A stretch of 64,000 bases of DNA, from positions 107,049-171,048 of the forward strand of contig DCJK01000013.1 of NCBI GenBank assembly GCA_002320005.1, written 5' to 3'. This stretch comes from Firmicutes bacterium UBA1702. GTDB taxonomy: Bacteria > Bacillota > Clostridia > Peptostreptococcales > Anaerovoracaceae. The position numbers and the translations under genes were made by a program. The notes under the pieces were generated by a model that worked only from the letters and a program-made list of their open reading frames with translations, did no database searches and had not been told where the DNA came from. Positions 47,585-57,918 of this stretch are shown here, piece by piece; the stretch's first letter is position 1; every line of letters begins with the position of its first letter.

Positions 47585-48891
47585 TGAACATGATAGATAT
47601 CATTCAGAAAAAGAAGGAAGGAAAGAGCCTTTCCCGTGAAGAAATAAAATGGTTCATAGATGGATATGTGGCAGGGGATATTCCTGACTATCAGGCTTCT
47701 GCGCTGCTGATGGCAATCTATTTCCGGGGACTCAACAAGGAAGAAACCTTTCAGCTTACTGAGGCAATGAGATATTCCGGCGACACCATAGATTTGTCAC
47801 CGATATCGGGAATAAAGGTTGACAAGCATTCTACGGGAGGCGTAGGAGACAAAACTACGCTTGTGGTAGCACCACTGGCATCAGCCTGCGGTGTTCCTAT
47901 TGCAAAAATGAGCGGAAGAGGTCTTGGCTTTACCGGAGGTACTGTGGATAAAATGGAATCCATACCGGGATTCAGAACAGCTCTTGCGCCTCAGGAGTTT
48001 CTTGATCAGGTGAACCATGTGGGCATGGCAGTAATAGGACAGACAGCCCATATTACGCCTGCAGACAAGAAGCTTTATGCCCTCAGGGATGTAACGGCCA
48101 CAGTGGACAATTTCGGTCTCATAGCTTCCAGCATAATGAGCAAAAAGCTAGCAGCAGGAAGCGACGCCATAGTTCTTGATGTAAAGTGTGGCGACGGAGC
48201 CTTTATGGAAAACAAAGAGGATGCCGTAAAGCTGGCGGAGCTTATGGTTGAAATCGGAAACAATGCAGGTCGAAAAACCGTGGCTGCCATAACGGAAATG
48301 GGACAGCCTCTTGGAAAAGCAGTAGGCAACAGTCTTGAAGTTATTGAAGCCATAGAGACTCTTAAGGGAAAGGGACCTGATGACATAACACAGCTGGCAC
48401 TGAGACTCAGTGGAATAATGGTATATCTGGGAGGCAAAGCCTCAAGCCCTGAGGCAGGCCTGAAAATGACAGAAGCAGCTCTTGCAGATGGCAGAGGACT
48501 GGCAAAGCTCAGAGCATTTATCGAAGCTCAGGGAGGCAACCCGCAGGTGGTTGATGACTACAACCTCTTCCCGGAGCATTCTGTAGAAGACAGACTCATT
48601 GCCCAATCAGACGGATATGTAAGCAAAATTGAAGCGAGACGGATAGGCCTCTCTTCTCAGCATACAGGTGCAGGGCGTGCTACCAAGGAAGCATCCATAG
48701 ATTTGTCTGCAGGAATTTATGTCTGCAAGAAAGTCGGCGACAAGGTCGAAAAGGGAGAAACCTTAGCCATTTTCTACGGAAACGACAAGGCCAAAGTTGA
48801 TGCCGCTATGGCAGAAGCGCAGAAGGCTTTTGAAATAGGGGCAGAACCTGTGGAACCTCCTGAGCTGATAAAAGAAATAATAGGACTGTAA
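47584..48891 (+). CDS. pdp: pyrimidine-nucleoside (thymidine) phosphorylase
   Basis: DKHSTGGVGDKTT, SGRGLGFTGGT(V)DK motifs. Confidence 0.9.
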   Translation: MNMIDIIQKKKEGKSLSREEIKWFIDGYVAGDIPDYQASALLMAIYFRGLNKEETFQLTEAMRYSGDTIDLSPISGIKVDKHSTGGVGDKTTLVVAPLASACGVPIAKMSGRGLGFTGGTVDKMESIPGFRTALAPQEFLDQVNHVGMAVIGQTAHITPADKKLYALRDVTATVDNFGLIASSIMSKKLAAGSDAIVLDVKCGDGAFMENKEDAVKLAELMVEIGNNAGRKTVAAITEMGQPLGKAVGNSLEVIEAIETLKGKGPDDITQLALRLSGIMVYLGGKASSPEAGLKMTEAALADGRGLAKLRAFIEAQGGNPQVVDDYNLFPEHSVEDRLIAQSDGYVSKIEARRIGLSSQHTGAGRATKEASIDLSAGIYVCKKVGDKVEKGETLAIFYGNDKAKVDAAMAEAQKAFEIGAEPVEPPELIKEIIGL

Positions 48892-48910
48892 TAGTGAAAT
48901 GAAAATGAAA

Positions 48911-48962
48911 TGCCCGTGGAATAAGGACATAAGGTCTGTATTTCCACGGGCACTCTTTTTTT
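48911..48962 (+). terminator. intrinsic terminator after pdp
   Basis: tgcccgtggaa...ttccacgggca stem followed by ctcttttttt. Confidence 0.7.
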
Positions 48963-48995
48963 ATAATAAATACATCTTTATCTTTGCTTAATATA

Positions 48996-49574
48996 TCAGT
49001 ACAATTCCCTGATGATAGAGGCGCAGCGTTCTATCCCCAGCACGCCGCTGTCCAGAGTTATGTGATAATTCTGAGCATGACTCCATTTCATGTTGGTATA
49101 GAAGCGGTGGTAGGCTGCGCGGCGCTTGTCTTTGTCCTTAAGACGCTGCTCGGGGGAATCCTCTCTTTCGCCGTAAACATCTACTATGCGCTTGGCGCGG
49201 AATTCCATGTCAGCATGAATGAAAACCTTCAGACAGTCAGCCTTGTCTCTGAGAATGTAGTCGGCACATCTTCCGACGATGACACATGATCCCTTTTCAG
49301 CAAGCTCCGTTATTATTTTCTGCTGTACTTCCCACAGCAGATCCTCATTGGTGGGACCGAAACTTCTGCTGGATAAAGCCGAAGACAGAAATCCGCCCGG
49401 AGCGTATTCTCCTGCATCTTTTATGTAATTTTCATCGAAACCGCTTTCCAGAGCGATCTGGTGGATCAGCTGGCTGTCGTAGCATGGAATGTCGAGTTTT
49501 TCAGCTACCAGCTTGCCTATAGTGCGGCCGCCGCTTCCGAATTCACGGCTTATGGTTATGATTCTGTTTTTCAT
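48996..49574 (-). CDS. cytidylate kinase-like family protein
   Basis: ITISREFGSGGRTIGKLVAEKL P-loop-like N-terminus, 192 aa. Confidence 0.75.
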   Translation of the reverse strand: MKNRIITISREFGSGGRTIGKLVAEKLDIPCYDSQLIHQIALESGFDENYIKDAGEYAPGGFLSSALSSRSFGPTNEDLLWEVQQKIITELAEKGSCVIVGRCADYILRDKADCLKVFIHADMEFRAKRIVDVYGEREDSPEQRLKDKDKRRAAYHRFYTNMKWSHAQNYHITLDSGVLGIERCASIIRELY

Positions 49575-50980
49575 AATGTAGGGTCTCCTTTCCTGTTAAG
49601 ATCTCTGTAAGTTCCGCAGATCAGGAATATTGCGATGACAAAGGTGAGGGCATCGGAAACAGGCATGGAGTAGAGAACTCCGTCCAGACCGAAAAACCTC
49701 GGAAGAAGAAGAGCGAAGCCCACGCCGAAGACAACTTCACGCATCATTGACAGTATTGTGGATTCTGCGGCTTTTCCCATGGCCTGAAGGAATATGAAGC
49801 AGGCTTTGTTAACGCATGCAAATATAATCATGCAGAGATAAACACGGAAAGCTTTAACGGCAAATTCCGCGTAATATATGCTTTCGTTGGCTGCGCCGAA
49901 TATTGCGATAAGCTGTCCCGGGAAAAACTCCACCAGTATAAAGGCGATGGCGCCTACCGCTGCTTCGGCAACAAGAAGCTTTGTGAAAAGATCTCTGACT
50001 CTGCTGTTGTGTCTGGCGCCCATGTTAAAGCCCACTACAGGGATGCAGCCTGCTGCCATACCCACTACAATGGAAATCACAATCTGGAAAAACTTCATGA
50101 CTATACCTACCACAGCCATAGGAATCTGTGCCAGCTGTTCCTGACAGAAGACGGGATCCAGAGCACCATAGTGGCGTATCATGTTGTTTACCGCTGCCAT
50201 GGAGGCTACAAGACTTATCTGAGACAGAAAACTGGTGAGTCCCAGAAGAAGTGTTCTGCCGCATATGGAAATACTTATAGAAAGGTCTCTGCCGGAAGGT
50301 TTTATGATTTTCATGTTGAGCAGATACCACAGAGAAAGAAGCGCCGTAACCAGCTGACCGATGATGGTGGCCACTGCAGCACCCATCATTCCCCATTTGA
50401 ATATGAAAATGAAGATGGGGTCAAGAACGATGTTCACTGCGGCTCCTGCGAGAGTTGAAGCCATGGCAAATTTCGGACTTCCATCGGCACGGATTATGGG
50501 ATTCATAGCCTGACCGAACATGTAAAAGGGAATACCCAGGGTAATGTAGAAAAAGTATTCTTTGGCATGAGCAAAAGTCTCCGAGTTGACTCTGCCGCCG
50601 AAAATGGTGATTAAGCCGTCGGAAAAAATGAAGTATACCGCCGTAAGAACAAGGCTGGCGGCAATCATCATCAATATGGAATTTCCCACGCTGTGCTTTG
50701 CGGTTTCGGACTCCTTTTTCCCGAGACATATGCTTACGAAAGCACAGCAGCCGTCGCCTATCATTACGGCTATGGCAAGAGCCACTACCGTAAGGGGAAA
50801 TACCACCGTATTGGCGGCATTGCCGTAAGAACCCAGATAAGAAGCATTGGCTATAAATATCTGGTCCACTATGTTGTATAAAGCTCCCACAAGGAGGGAG
50901 ATAATGCAAGGAACGGAGTATTTACGCATGAGAGTGCCTATCTGCGCCGTTCCCAGAAGCTGATTTTGATTCTGTTCCAT
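49571..50980 (-). CDS. MATE family efflux transporter
   Basis: 469 aa, 12 TM helices, the pattern seen in MATE transporters. Overlaps the downstream gene by 4 nt. Confidence 0.85.
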   Translation of the reverse strand: MEQNQNQLLGTAQIGTLMRKYSVPCIISLLVGALYNIVDQIFIANASYLGSYGNAANTVVFPLTVVALAIAVMIGDGCCAFVSICLGKKESETAKHSVGNSILMMIAASLVLTAVYFIFSDGLITIFGGRVNSETFAHAKEYFFYITLGIPFYMFGQAMNPIIRADGSPKFAMASTLAGAAVNIVLDPIFIFIFKWGMMGAAVATIIGQLVTALLSLWYLLNMKIIKPSGRDLSISISICGRTLLLGLTSFLSQISLVASMAAVNNMIRHYGALDPVFCQEQLAQIPMAVVGIVMKFFQIVISIVVGMAAGCIPVVGFNMGARHNSRVRDLFTKLLVAEAAVGAIAFILVEFFPGQLIAIFGAANESIYYAEFAVKAFRVYLCMIIFACVNKACFIFLQAMGKAAESTILSMMREVVFGVGFALLLPRFFGLDGVLYSMPVSDALTFVIAIFLICGTYRDLNRKGDPTL

Positions 50981-51214
50981 TGTTTCACCTTACCTTTCTT
51001 TGAAATCCCGGTATGCCGGAGGGCATTCCCGGGTAATAAAAAAAGTGCGTAAGTCCTATCCGGACTTACGCACCATCGTGCTACGCGATATAAATATTAT
51101 AGCAGATTTTTTTTGCAGATGTAAGAAAAATTTTTGCCTGAAGAGGCGTATCGGGACAAAAAAGTGTGACAAAGGCAGCTAAATGTGTGTATAATTACTT
51201 CAGGAGGAAGAATT

Positions 51215-51994
51215 ATGAAAGAAGTCATTTTTGTGATTTTAATACCGCTGATAGGAACCGTATCCGGCTCGGCAGGAGTTTTTTTTCTGAAAGACGGAAT
51301 GAAAAACGGTATTCAGAAAGCTCTCATGGGCTTTGCCGCCGGCGTTATGGTAGCCGCCTCGGTATGGAGCCTTATCATACCGGCCATGGAAGAATCAGCC
51401 CATATGGGGAAGCTGTCCTTCCTTCCTGCTTTTGTGGGATTATGGCTGGGAGTGCTTTTCCTTTTGCTCCTGGATCATGTTATACCTCACCTTCATGTAG
51501 CCAGCGAAGAACCGGAAGGACGATGCTGCAGCCTGAACAAGTCTACAATGCTGGTGCTGGCTGTTGCCCTGCATAATTTCCCGGAAGGGATGGCTGTGGG
51601 AGTTGTGGCAGCCGGATGGCTGGCAGGAGAGGAAAGTATAACTGCTGCGGCTGCTTTTGCCCTGGCTCTGGGAATTGCCATACAGAATGTGCCTGAAGGA
51701 GCAATAATATCCATGCCCCTTAAAAATACAGGAAAGAGCAGGGGAAAGGCTTTTGCCATGGGTGCTCTGTCCGGCGTTGTTGAGCCTCTGGGTGCGCTGC
51801 TTACAATATGCCTTGCATCTTTTATGGTTCCGATATTGCCGTATATGCTTACCTTCGCTGCAGGAGCCATGCTCTATGTTGTTGTGGAAGAACTTATTCC
51901 GGAGATGTCTCAGGGAGAACATTCCAACATCGGGACGGTGTTTTTTGCCGCAGGCTTTACGTTGATGATGGTTCTGGATGTGGCATTGGGATAG
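51215..51994 (+). CDS. ZIP family metal transporter
   Basis: AGGAGG RBS. HNFPEGMAVG and AIQNVPEG motifs. Confidence 0.85.
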   Translation: MKEVIFVILIPLIGTVSGSAGVFFLKDGMKNGIQKALMGFAAGVMVAASVWSLIIPAMEESAHMGKLSFLPAFVGLWLGVLFLLLLDHVIPHLHVASEEPEGRCCSLNKSTMLVLAVALHNFPEGMAVGVVAAGWLAGEESITAAAAFALALGIAIQNVPEGAIISMPLKNTGKSRGKAFAMGALSGVVEPLGALLTICLASFMVPILPYMLTFAAGAMLYVVVEELIPEMSQGEHSNIGTVFFAAGFTLMMVLDVALG

Positions 51995-52136
51995 GTATTA
52001 CATAGAATTGACGAGTCGGAAGAAGAAGCAGACGTTTCGTATAAAAAAGTATTTGCAGCTGGCAAATACGCAGAAAAACGCCGGAGACGGCGTTTTTTAT
52101 TTCACTTTTTCGGACAGCATCCTTTCATAATTCCAT

Positions 52137-52547
52137 GTGGTAAGCTGCTCAACAATAGGCATAAGTGTGCGGCAGCATGGCTCGATATCGTATTCCACCC
52201 GCAGCATACTGCAGCTGGGCACAACTGGTGTAATCAGCCTTATCTTCAGCTTTATAATCGAAGAGCCTTGTCTGCCTCACTCGGAATCTGTATGGTTTTC
52301 GGCGACTGTCCTGGGACTTCTCTGCACGGTGCTTGCCTTTGTTATTCAGACCTCGGCTCAGAAATACACTTCGGCATCTCATGTGGGAGTGATATTATCA
52401 CTTGAACCGTTGATTGCAGGTTTTGTAGCCTTTGCCTTTGCAGGAGAGACCATGACGCTTCAGGGATACTTTGGCGCAGCGCTGATGGCAGCGGGAATAT
52501 TCGTTATGGAAATCGATTTCAAAGAGATCTTTGGCCCGTCAGCCTGA
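52137..52547 (+). pseudogene. C-terminal half of an EamA/DMT family transporter (5'-truncated remnant)
   Basis: Only the second EamA repeat is present (...SAQKYTSASHVGVILSLEPLIAGFVAFAFAGE...). No plausible start or RBS. Confidence 0.6.
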
Positions 52548-52625
52548 GTAAAGATAAAAAATCATAATGTCATGCTGCCCGCATATATTTTAGTGACCAA
52601 ATATATGAGAGGGTGGCATTTTTTT

Positions 52626-53903
52626 ATGAAATTAAAAGGCAGGGCTTCCGCTGATTCCTCAAATCCGGTCAGAGCCGGAATGTCAGCGGTAAAGAAAAAG
52701 ATAATAGTAACGTTGACAGGGAGTGCACTGATAATGTGCGCCTTTGTGGGAATAGAACAGAAACTGCCTGAGCAGAAACCCATAGTGCTGGAAACCGTCA
52801 ACGACCAGCAGCCGGAGGAAGGAAAGTCAGCTCCATTTGAAGTGGAGGCCAAAGGAGCCGTGCTCATAGATGCGGATACGGGTCAGGTTCTTTTTCAGCA
52901 GGACTCGCATAAAGAACTCCCTCTTGCTTCTGTAACCAAGGTGATGACCATGCTGCTGGTGATGGAGGCGGCAGACTCAGGGAAAATAAGCCTTGAAGAT
53001 CAGGTCACCATATCCGAGAGGGCCGCTTCCATGGGCGGAAGTCAGATGTACATGGAAGTGGGAGAGACACACACGGTGGCGGAACTGATGAAGGGTGTCG
53101 CCATGGCCAGCGCCAATGACGGCTGTGTGGCCCTTGCCGAATATGTGGCAGGAAGTGAAGAAATATTTGTGGAGAGAATGAACGAGCGGGCACGGGAACT
53201 GGGTATGAGGGATACTCATTTCGTCAACACCAACGGTCTCCCTGTGGCAGAACATTATTCCTCCGCATATGATATAGCAGTAATGTCGAAAGAACTCTAC
53301 AGGCATGAGGAGGTTCACACCTGGTTCACCACCTGGCAGGATACCATAACGGTTGGCCTTCCGGGAAAGGAAAAGGAGTTCGGGCTCACTAACACCAATA
53401 AGCTTATCAGGCAGTATCAAGGCTGTGACGGTATCAAGACGGGCTTCACGTCTGATGCGGGATACTGCCTGTCGGCATCTGCATGCAGGGGCGATACCAG
53501 GTTTATTGCCGTGGCTCTTGGATGCGAAACATCCCCTAAAAGAAATGCAGAGGTGGCAAAGATGCTGGATTACGGCTTTGCCAATTATGAAACCACTGTG
53601 GTAGCCGAAAAGGGTGAAGTCATTAAAAAAGTCAAAGTCGAAATAGGAACTCCGCAAGAGGTTCAGGCCGTTGCTGCAGAGAAGATAACGGTGCTCACTG
53701 AAAAGGGAAGTTCCGGAGATATAAAGAGCAAGGTAAAGCTTAACGATAATGTTCCGCTGCCTCTGAAAAAGGGTGATGAGGTTGGCAAACTGTTCATATA
53801 CCGAGGAGATGAAAAGATAGCAGAGTATTCGCTTGCAGCTGACAGAGATGTGAAAAAGGCCTCCTTTGGGGAACTTATGTCCCGTATGTTTAAAAGGATA
53901 TAA
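52626..53903 (+). CDS. D-alanyl-D-alanine carboxypeptidase (peptidase S11, DacB/PBP5-like)
   Basis: ASVTKVMT (SxxK), SANDG (SxN), KTGFT (KTG). Confidence 0.85.
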   Translation: MKLKGRASADSSNPVRAGMSAVKKKIIVTLTGSALIMCAFVGIEQKLPEQKPIVLETVNDQQPEEGKSAPFEVEAKGAVLIDADTGQVLFQQDSHKELPLASVTKVMTMLLVMEAADSGKISLEDQVTISERAASMGGSQMYMEVGETHTVAELMKGVAMASANDGCVALAEYVAGSEEIFVERMNERARELGMRDTHFVNTNGLPVAEHYSSAYDIAVMSKELYRHEEVHTWFTTWQDTITVGLPGKEKEFGLTNTNKLIRQYQGCDGIKTGFTSDAGYCLSASACRGDTRFIAVALGCETSPKRNAEVAKMLDYGFANYETTVVAEKGEVIKKVKVEIGTPQEVQAVAAEKITVLTEKGSSGDIKSKVKLNDNVPLPLKKGDEVGKLFIYRGDEKIAEYSLAADRDVKKASFGELMSRMFKRI

Positions 53904-53950
53904 TACATACGGAAGAAGAAAAAACAGATAAACGGTAAGGAGGCAGTAAG

Positions 53951-54232
53951 ATGGGAAAAGTCAGTGCAGGGGGAAAAGAGTATATCATAGCCTTTTCTTC
54001 TTTCTACAAAGCAGCCTACGCTCAGGATATGCTCTCAGAGGCCGGAATAAATGCTACCTTGAGAAAGCTTCCGACGGAGCTGGTCAGATCCTGCGGCACG
54101 GGTCTTTATATGAGAAGCGAGTCTGCGGAGCCGGCGCAGCTGGTTTTCGCAGAAAAGCAGATTTCACCCCGTGGAATTTATGAAATAAACCGCGGTGGCG
54201 GAGGAGAGAAGAATTATATTAAAATAAAGTAA
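53951..54232 (+). CDS. DUF3343 domain-containing protein
   Basis: 93 aa, YIIAFSSFYKAAYAQDMLSEAGINATLRKLPTEL. Confidence 0.65.
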   Translation: MGKVSAGGKEYIIAFSSFYKAAYAQDMLSEAGINATLRKLPTELVRSCGTGLYMRSESAEPAQLVFAEKQISPRGIYEINRGGGGEKNYIKIK

Positions 54233-54282
54233 TTTTGGGAGGAGCCGGAGCTCCTCTCGCTTTTTATATTAGAAATAGCGTA

Positions 54283-54349
54283 TGTAAAATTTTTTGCACC
54301 TGAGGCTGTAAAAATCTTTACGTCATAGGGTGTAAAATTTTTTACACCC
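54283..54349 (+). repeat. three TGTAAAA-containing dyads spaced exactly 24 bp apart (54283, 54307, 54331)
   Basis: tgtaaaattttttgcac / tgtaaaaatctttacg / gggtgtaaaa-tt-ttttacaccc. The last is a perfect 10-bp inverted repeat. Confidence 0.7.
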
Positions 54350-54464
54350 GCAGATACGAAGATATCAAAGCAATTTCAAAAGTAATTTCAAGATATAAAA
54401 GCAATTTAAATTGAATTGAATTTCTTTAAAAAAACTGTTTGTATTTTTTTGAGAGCAGACGCGT

Positions 54465-54498
54465 TTCGACAGATTTTGAACATGCAAAGGTTTAATAT
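54465..54498 (+). promoter_or_regulatory. putative Spo0A-activated spoIIG-type promoter: 0A box overlapping a -35-like element, 21-nt spacer, TAATAT
   Basis: TTCGACA (complement of TGTCGAA) at 54465..54471. TAATAT at 54493..54498. ATG at 54522. Confidence 0.5.
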
Positions 54499-54521
54499 AA
54501 AAAAACAGAAAGGGAAGGCCA

Positions 54522-55337
54522 ATGGTAATTTACGGAGAGTATTTATTTATAGAAAATTTTACGGCGGGATTTCTGATTTTGCTGCTTACGGCAAGAATGG
54601 CAGGAAGAAATCCGGGACATCTGAGGATATTGGCAGCTTCGGTGCTGGCCGGAATAAGCGGTTTTGAAATTTTTCTTCCCGCTGCAGCAGCAGCGTCGGG
54701 AATACTGCGTCTGGCAACGGGAATAGTAATCTGTCTCACAGCTTTCGGAATGAAGCAGGTGATAAAGACAGCCGTAATATTCATAATAAATACTTTTCTT
54801 GCAGGCGGAGCAGTTATAGCGCTTCTTATCTGGAAGCATGAGCCGGCAATAACTCATCAGGGAATATTCTATATGGATGCTGTTACATATTTAAGACTTA
54901 TATGCGCAGGCATAATTGCATTTGGGATTGTTTATTTCTTCGTAAAGATGATCCGCTGCCGTGTCTGTGATATAAACCTGAAGGGAGATGTGAACCTGAC
55001 CATCGGAGGAAGCACATATGTGCTGCGTGCTTTTGTGGACTCGGGAAACGGCCTCAGGGAACCGGTGACAGGTAAACCGGTGATCCTTGTAGATGAAACA
55101 GGCGCGTCAAAACTTCCTTTTAAAGCCTCAGATATGAAAGAGCGTTACAGAATTGTGCCATACAGAGCAGTGGGAATTTCTGCCGGCAGTCTGGAGGCGG
55201 TACGAACGGACGAGATAATCTTTGGCGAACATAAGATAAGAGGAGCATACATAGCATTCTATCAAGGCCGCTTCGGAGAATATGAAGCACTTATGAACAG
55301 AGATTTTCTGGAAGGAGGACTGCTACAGAATGGGTAG
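54522..55337 (+). CDS. spoIIGA: sigma-E processing peptidase SpoIIGA
   Basis: [13 protein letters not shown]..., membrane N-terminal half, FVDSGN aspartic protease motif. Precedes sigE. Confidence 0.9.
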   Translation: MVIYGEYLFIENFTAGFLILLLTARMAGRNPGHLRILAASVLAGISGFEIFLPAAAAASGILRLATGIVICLTAFGMKQVIKTAVIFIINTFLAGGAVIALLIWKHEPAITHQGIFYMDAVTYLRLICAGIIAFGIVYFFVKMIRCRVCDINLKGDVNLTIGGSTYVLRAFVDSGNGLREPVTGKPVILVDETGASKLPFKASDMKERYRIVPYRAVGISAGSLEAVRTDEIIFGEHKIRGAYIAFYQGRFGEYEALMNRDFLEGGLLQNG

Positions 55338-56064
55338 AAATGTGCTGATACAGATGAGGATAAGACTGCGACTTCTTGCGGAAAGGGTCAGGAAAGCCGT
55401 CAGGAGAAGATCAGGGGATTTGTTTTACATAGGTGGCAGCGACATATTGCCGCCGCCCCTTGATAAAGAAGAAGAACGACGGCTGCTTGAAGAATATGCC
55501 GCAGGCAGCAGTGAGGCAAGAAATCTGCTGATTGAACGTAATTTGAGACTGGTGGTCTACATTGCCAAAAAATTCGAAAATGCCGGAGTAAATGTTGAAG
55601 ACCTAATTTCCATAGGCACCATCGGATTGATAAAAGCCGTCAACACCTTTAAGCCGGAAAAAAACATAAAGCTGGCTACATACGCTTCCAGATGCATAGA
55701 AAATGAGATACTCATGCATCTCAGGCGAACCACAAGACTGAAAAGCGAAGTAAGCCTTGATGAGCCACTTAATGTGGACTGGGACGGCAACGAACTCCTT
55801 CTGTCCGACATACTGGGAACGGAAAACGATGTTGTATATCACAGGCTGGAGGATGAGGTAAACAGAAGCCTTCTTCACAGTGCCATGAAAAAGCTGACCC
55901 CCAGAGAAAAGGAACTGATGGAAATGCGCTTCGGGCTTAAAAGCGGGCGGGAAATGACCCAGAAGGAGGTGGCCGACCGTATGGGAATTTCCCAGTCTTA
56001 TATATCCCGTCTGGAAAAGCGTATAATAACCCGGCTTCAGAAAGAAATACGGAAACTGGGATAG
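55330..56064 (+). CDS. sigE: sporulation sigma factor SigE (pro-sigma-E)
   Basis: Sigma-70 regions 2-4 ([37 protein letters not shown]). Confidence 0.9.
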   Translation: MGRNVLIQMRIRLRLLAERVRKAVRRRSGDLFYIGGSDILPPPLDKEEERRLLEEYAAGSSEARNLLIERNLRLVVYIAKKFENAGVNVEDLISIGTIGLIKAVNTFKPEKNIKLATYASRCIENEILMHLRRTTRLKSEVSLDEPLNVDWDGNELLLSDILGTENDVVYHRLEDEVNRSLLHSAMKKLTPREKELMEMRFGLKSGREMTQKEVADRMGISQSYISRLEKRIITRLQKEIRKLG

Positions 56065-56170
56065 CGCCGAATCCCGGAGGGGTGAAATGCGCCAGTAATT
56101 GCCACACATAAGCAGGGAAACCATAGTACATAACTAACTAAAAAGCATGTAAACAGGATGGGTATGTATT

Positions 56171-56944
56171 ATGGCGAACAAAGTGGAAATATGCGGCGTG
56201 GATACCGCAAAACTGCCTTTGTACAAAGAGGCGGAAATGACCGAGATGCTTCACAGAATAAAGGCAGGTGACGAAGCAACCAGAGATAAATTCATAAAGG
56301 GCAATCTCAGACTGGTTCTCAGTGTAATTCAGCGCTTTGCCAACCGGGGTGAAAATCCCGACGATCTTTTTCAGGTTGGATGCATCGGACTCATCAAAGC
56401 GCTGGATAACTTTGATATGAGCCACGGTGTAAAATTTTCCACATATGCTGTCCCCATGATCATCGGGGAAGTAAGGAGATATTTAAGAGACAACAACTCC
56501 ATCAGGGTATCTCGCTCATTGCGTGATCTGGCATATAAATCTCTTCAGGCTCGCGAAAATCTTTCGCGTGAACTGCAGAGAGAGCCTTCCGTCAGCGAAA
56601 TCGCCGCAGCCATGGGGGTAGGCAGAGAAGAGGTGGTGACAGCACTGGAATCTATTCAGGAACCGGTATCGCTGTATGAGCCCGTTTTCCACGATGACGG
56701 GGATGCCATCTATGTAATGGATCAGGTATCGGACAGCAGGAATACGGATACCAGATGGATAGAAAATATATCCCTTTCCGAAGCCATGGATAAGCTGAGT
56801 CCAAGGGAGAGGCACATACTGAATATAAGATTTTTTGAAGGAAAAACGCAGATGGAGGTTGCCAGAGAAATAGGCATATCACAGGCTCAGGTAAGCAGGC
56901 TGGAAAAGAATGCACTGTCGGCCATGAGAAAGGAGCTGTCCTGA
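56171..56944 (+). CDS. sigG: sporulation sigma factor SigG
   Basis: VEICGVDTAKLP..., GNLRLVLSVIQRF, ISQAQVSRLEKNAL. Confidence 0.9.
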   Translation: MANKVEICGVDTAKLPLYKEAEMTEMLHRIKAGDEATRDKFIKGNLRLVLSVIQRFANRGENPDDLFQVGCIGLIKALDNFDMSHGVKFSTYAVPMIIGEVRRYLRDNNSIRVSRSLRDLAYKSLQARENLSRELQREPSVSEIAAAMGVGREEVVTALESIQEPVSLYEPVFHDDGDAIYVMDQVSDSRNTDTRWIENISLSEAMDKLSPRERHILNIRFFEGKTQMEVAREIGISQAQVSRLEKNALSAMRKELS

Positions 56945-56981
56945 AGAGCTTTAGGATCGGAATATAATAAAAAACCAAAAA

Positions 56982-57040
56982 GGAGGACGCCCCGGAAGGA
57001 CCTGAAGCAGTAACCTTCCGGGACGCCCTCCTTGTGATTT
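56982..57040 (+). terminator. intrinsic terminator after sigG
   Basis: ggaggacgccccggaagg...ccttccgggacgccctcc: 18-bp stem followed by a T-rich tract. Confidence 0.75.
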
Positions 57041-57213
57041 TAAAGGTACGTCCAGTACAAAAGTAACATATTGATAAAAAAATGTCAATGCATCACATGA
57101 AAAAATCATATTTTATCTACGGTGTGTTTTTCCATTGAAATTTTACTTGTGATATGATTAAATATATAACTGTAAACAGCAAATGAAATGCTTTTAGTTT
57201 TTAGGAGGAAAAG

Positions 57214-57906
57214 ATGATATACACAAAAGAAGTCGAAAACATGTGCCCGGTAAACAAAGGCGCATATCACGGCCCTGCGCCTATTCCTCAGGAAGGCAAG
57301 TGGGTGCAGGTAAAAGAGAACTCGGACATTTCCGGTCTGACCCATGGAGTGGGCTGGTGCGCTCCGCAGCAGGGAGCATGTAAGCTGACCCTCAATGTCA
57401 AAAACGGCATTATAGAGGAAGCTCTTATTGAGACTCTCGGATGTTCCGGAATGACTCATTCTGCAGCCATGGCCGGGGAAATACTCATCGGCAAGACACT
57501 GCTGGAAGCTCTCAATACCGACCTCGTATGTGATGCCATAAATACAGCCATGCGTGAACTGTTCCTGCAGATAGTTTACGGACGCAGCCAGTCTGCATTC
57601 TCGGAGGGCGGTCTTGCCATCGGCGCAGGTCTTGAGGATCTGGGAAAGGGTACAAGAAGCCAGGTGGGAACAATTTATTCCACCAAAGCAAAAGGCCCGA
57701 GATATCTGGAACTGGCAGAGGGATATATTACCGAAGTCGGCCTTGATGAAGAAAACAATATTATCGGATACAAGTATGTCAACATCGGAAGAATGATGGA
57801 TGCCATAAAAAAAGGAACTGACCCTATGGAGGCTATCAAAAATGCCGAGGGTACATACGGAAGATTTGACGAAGCGGTTAAAACCATCGATCCGCGTGAA
57901 GAATAG
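57214..57906 (+). CDS. NifU/IscU-like domain protein (Fe-S scaffold-like N-terminus plus an extra C-terminal domain)
   Basis: ...GWCAPQQGACKLTLNVKNGIIEEALIETLGCSGMTHSAAMAGE.... Confidence 0.65.
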   Translation: MIYTKEVENMCPVNKGAYHGPAPIPQEGKWVQVKENSDISGLTHGVGWCAPQQGACKLTLNVKNGIIEEALIETLGCSGMTHSAAMAGEILIGKTLLEALNTDLVCDAINTAMRELFLQIVYGRSQSAFSEGGLAIGAGLEDLGKGTRSQVGTIYSTKAKGPRYLELAEGYITEVGLDEENNIIGYKYVNIGRMMDAIKKGTDPMEAIKNAEGTYGRFDEAVKTIDPREE

Positions 57907-57918
57907 GAGGGGCAGCTA

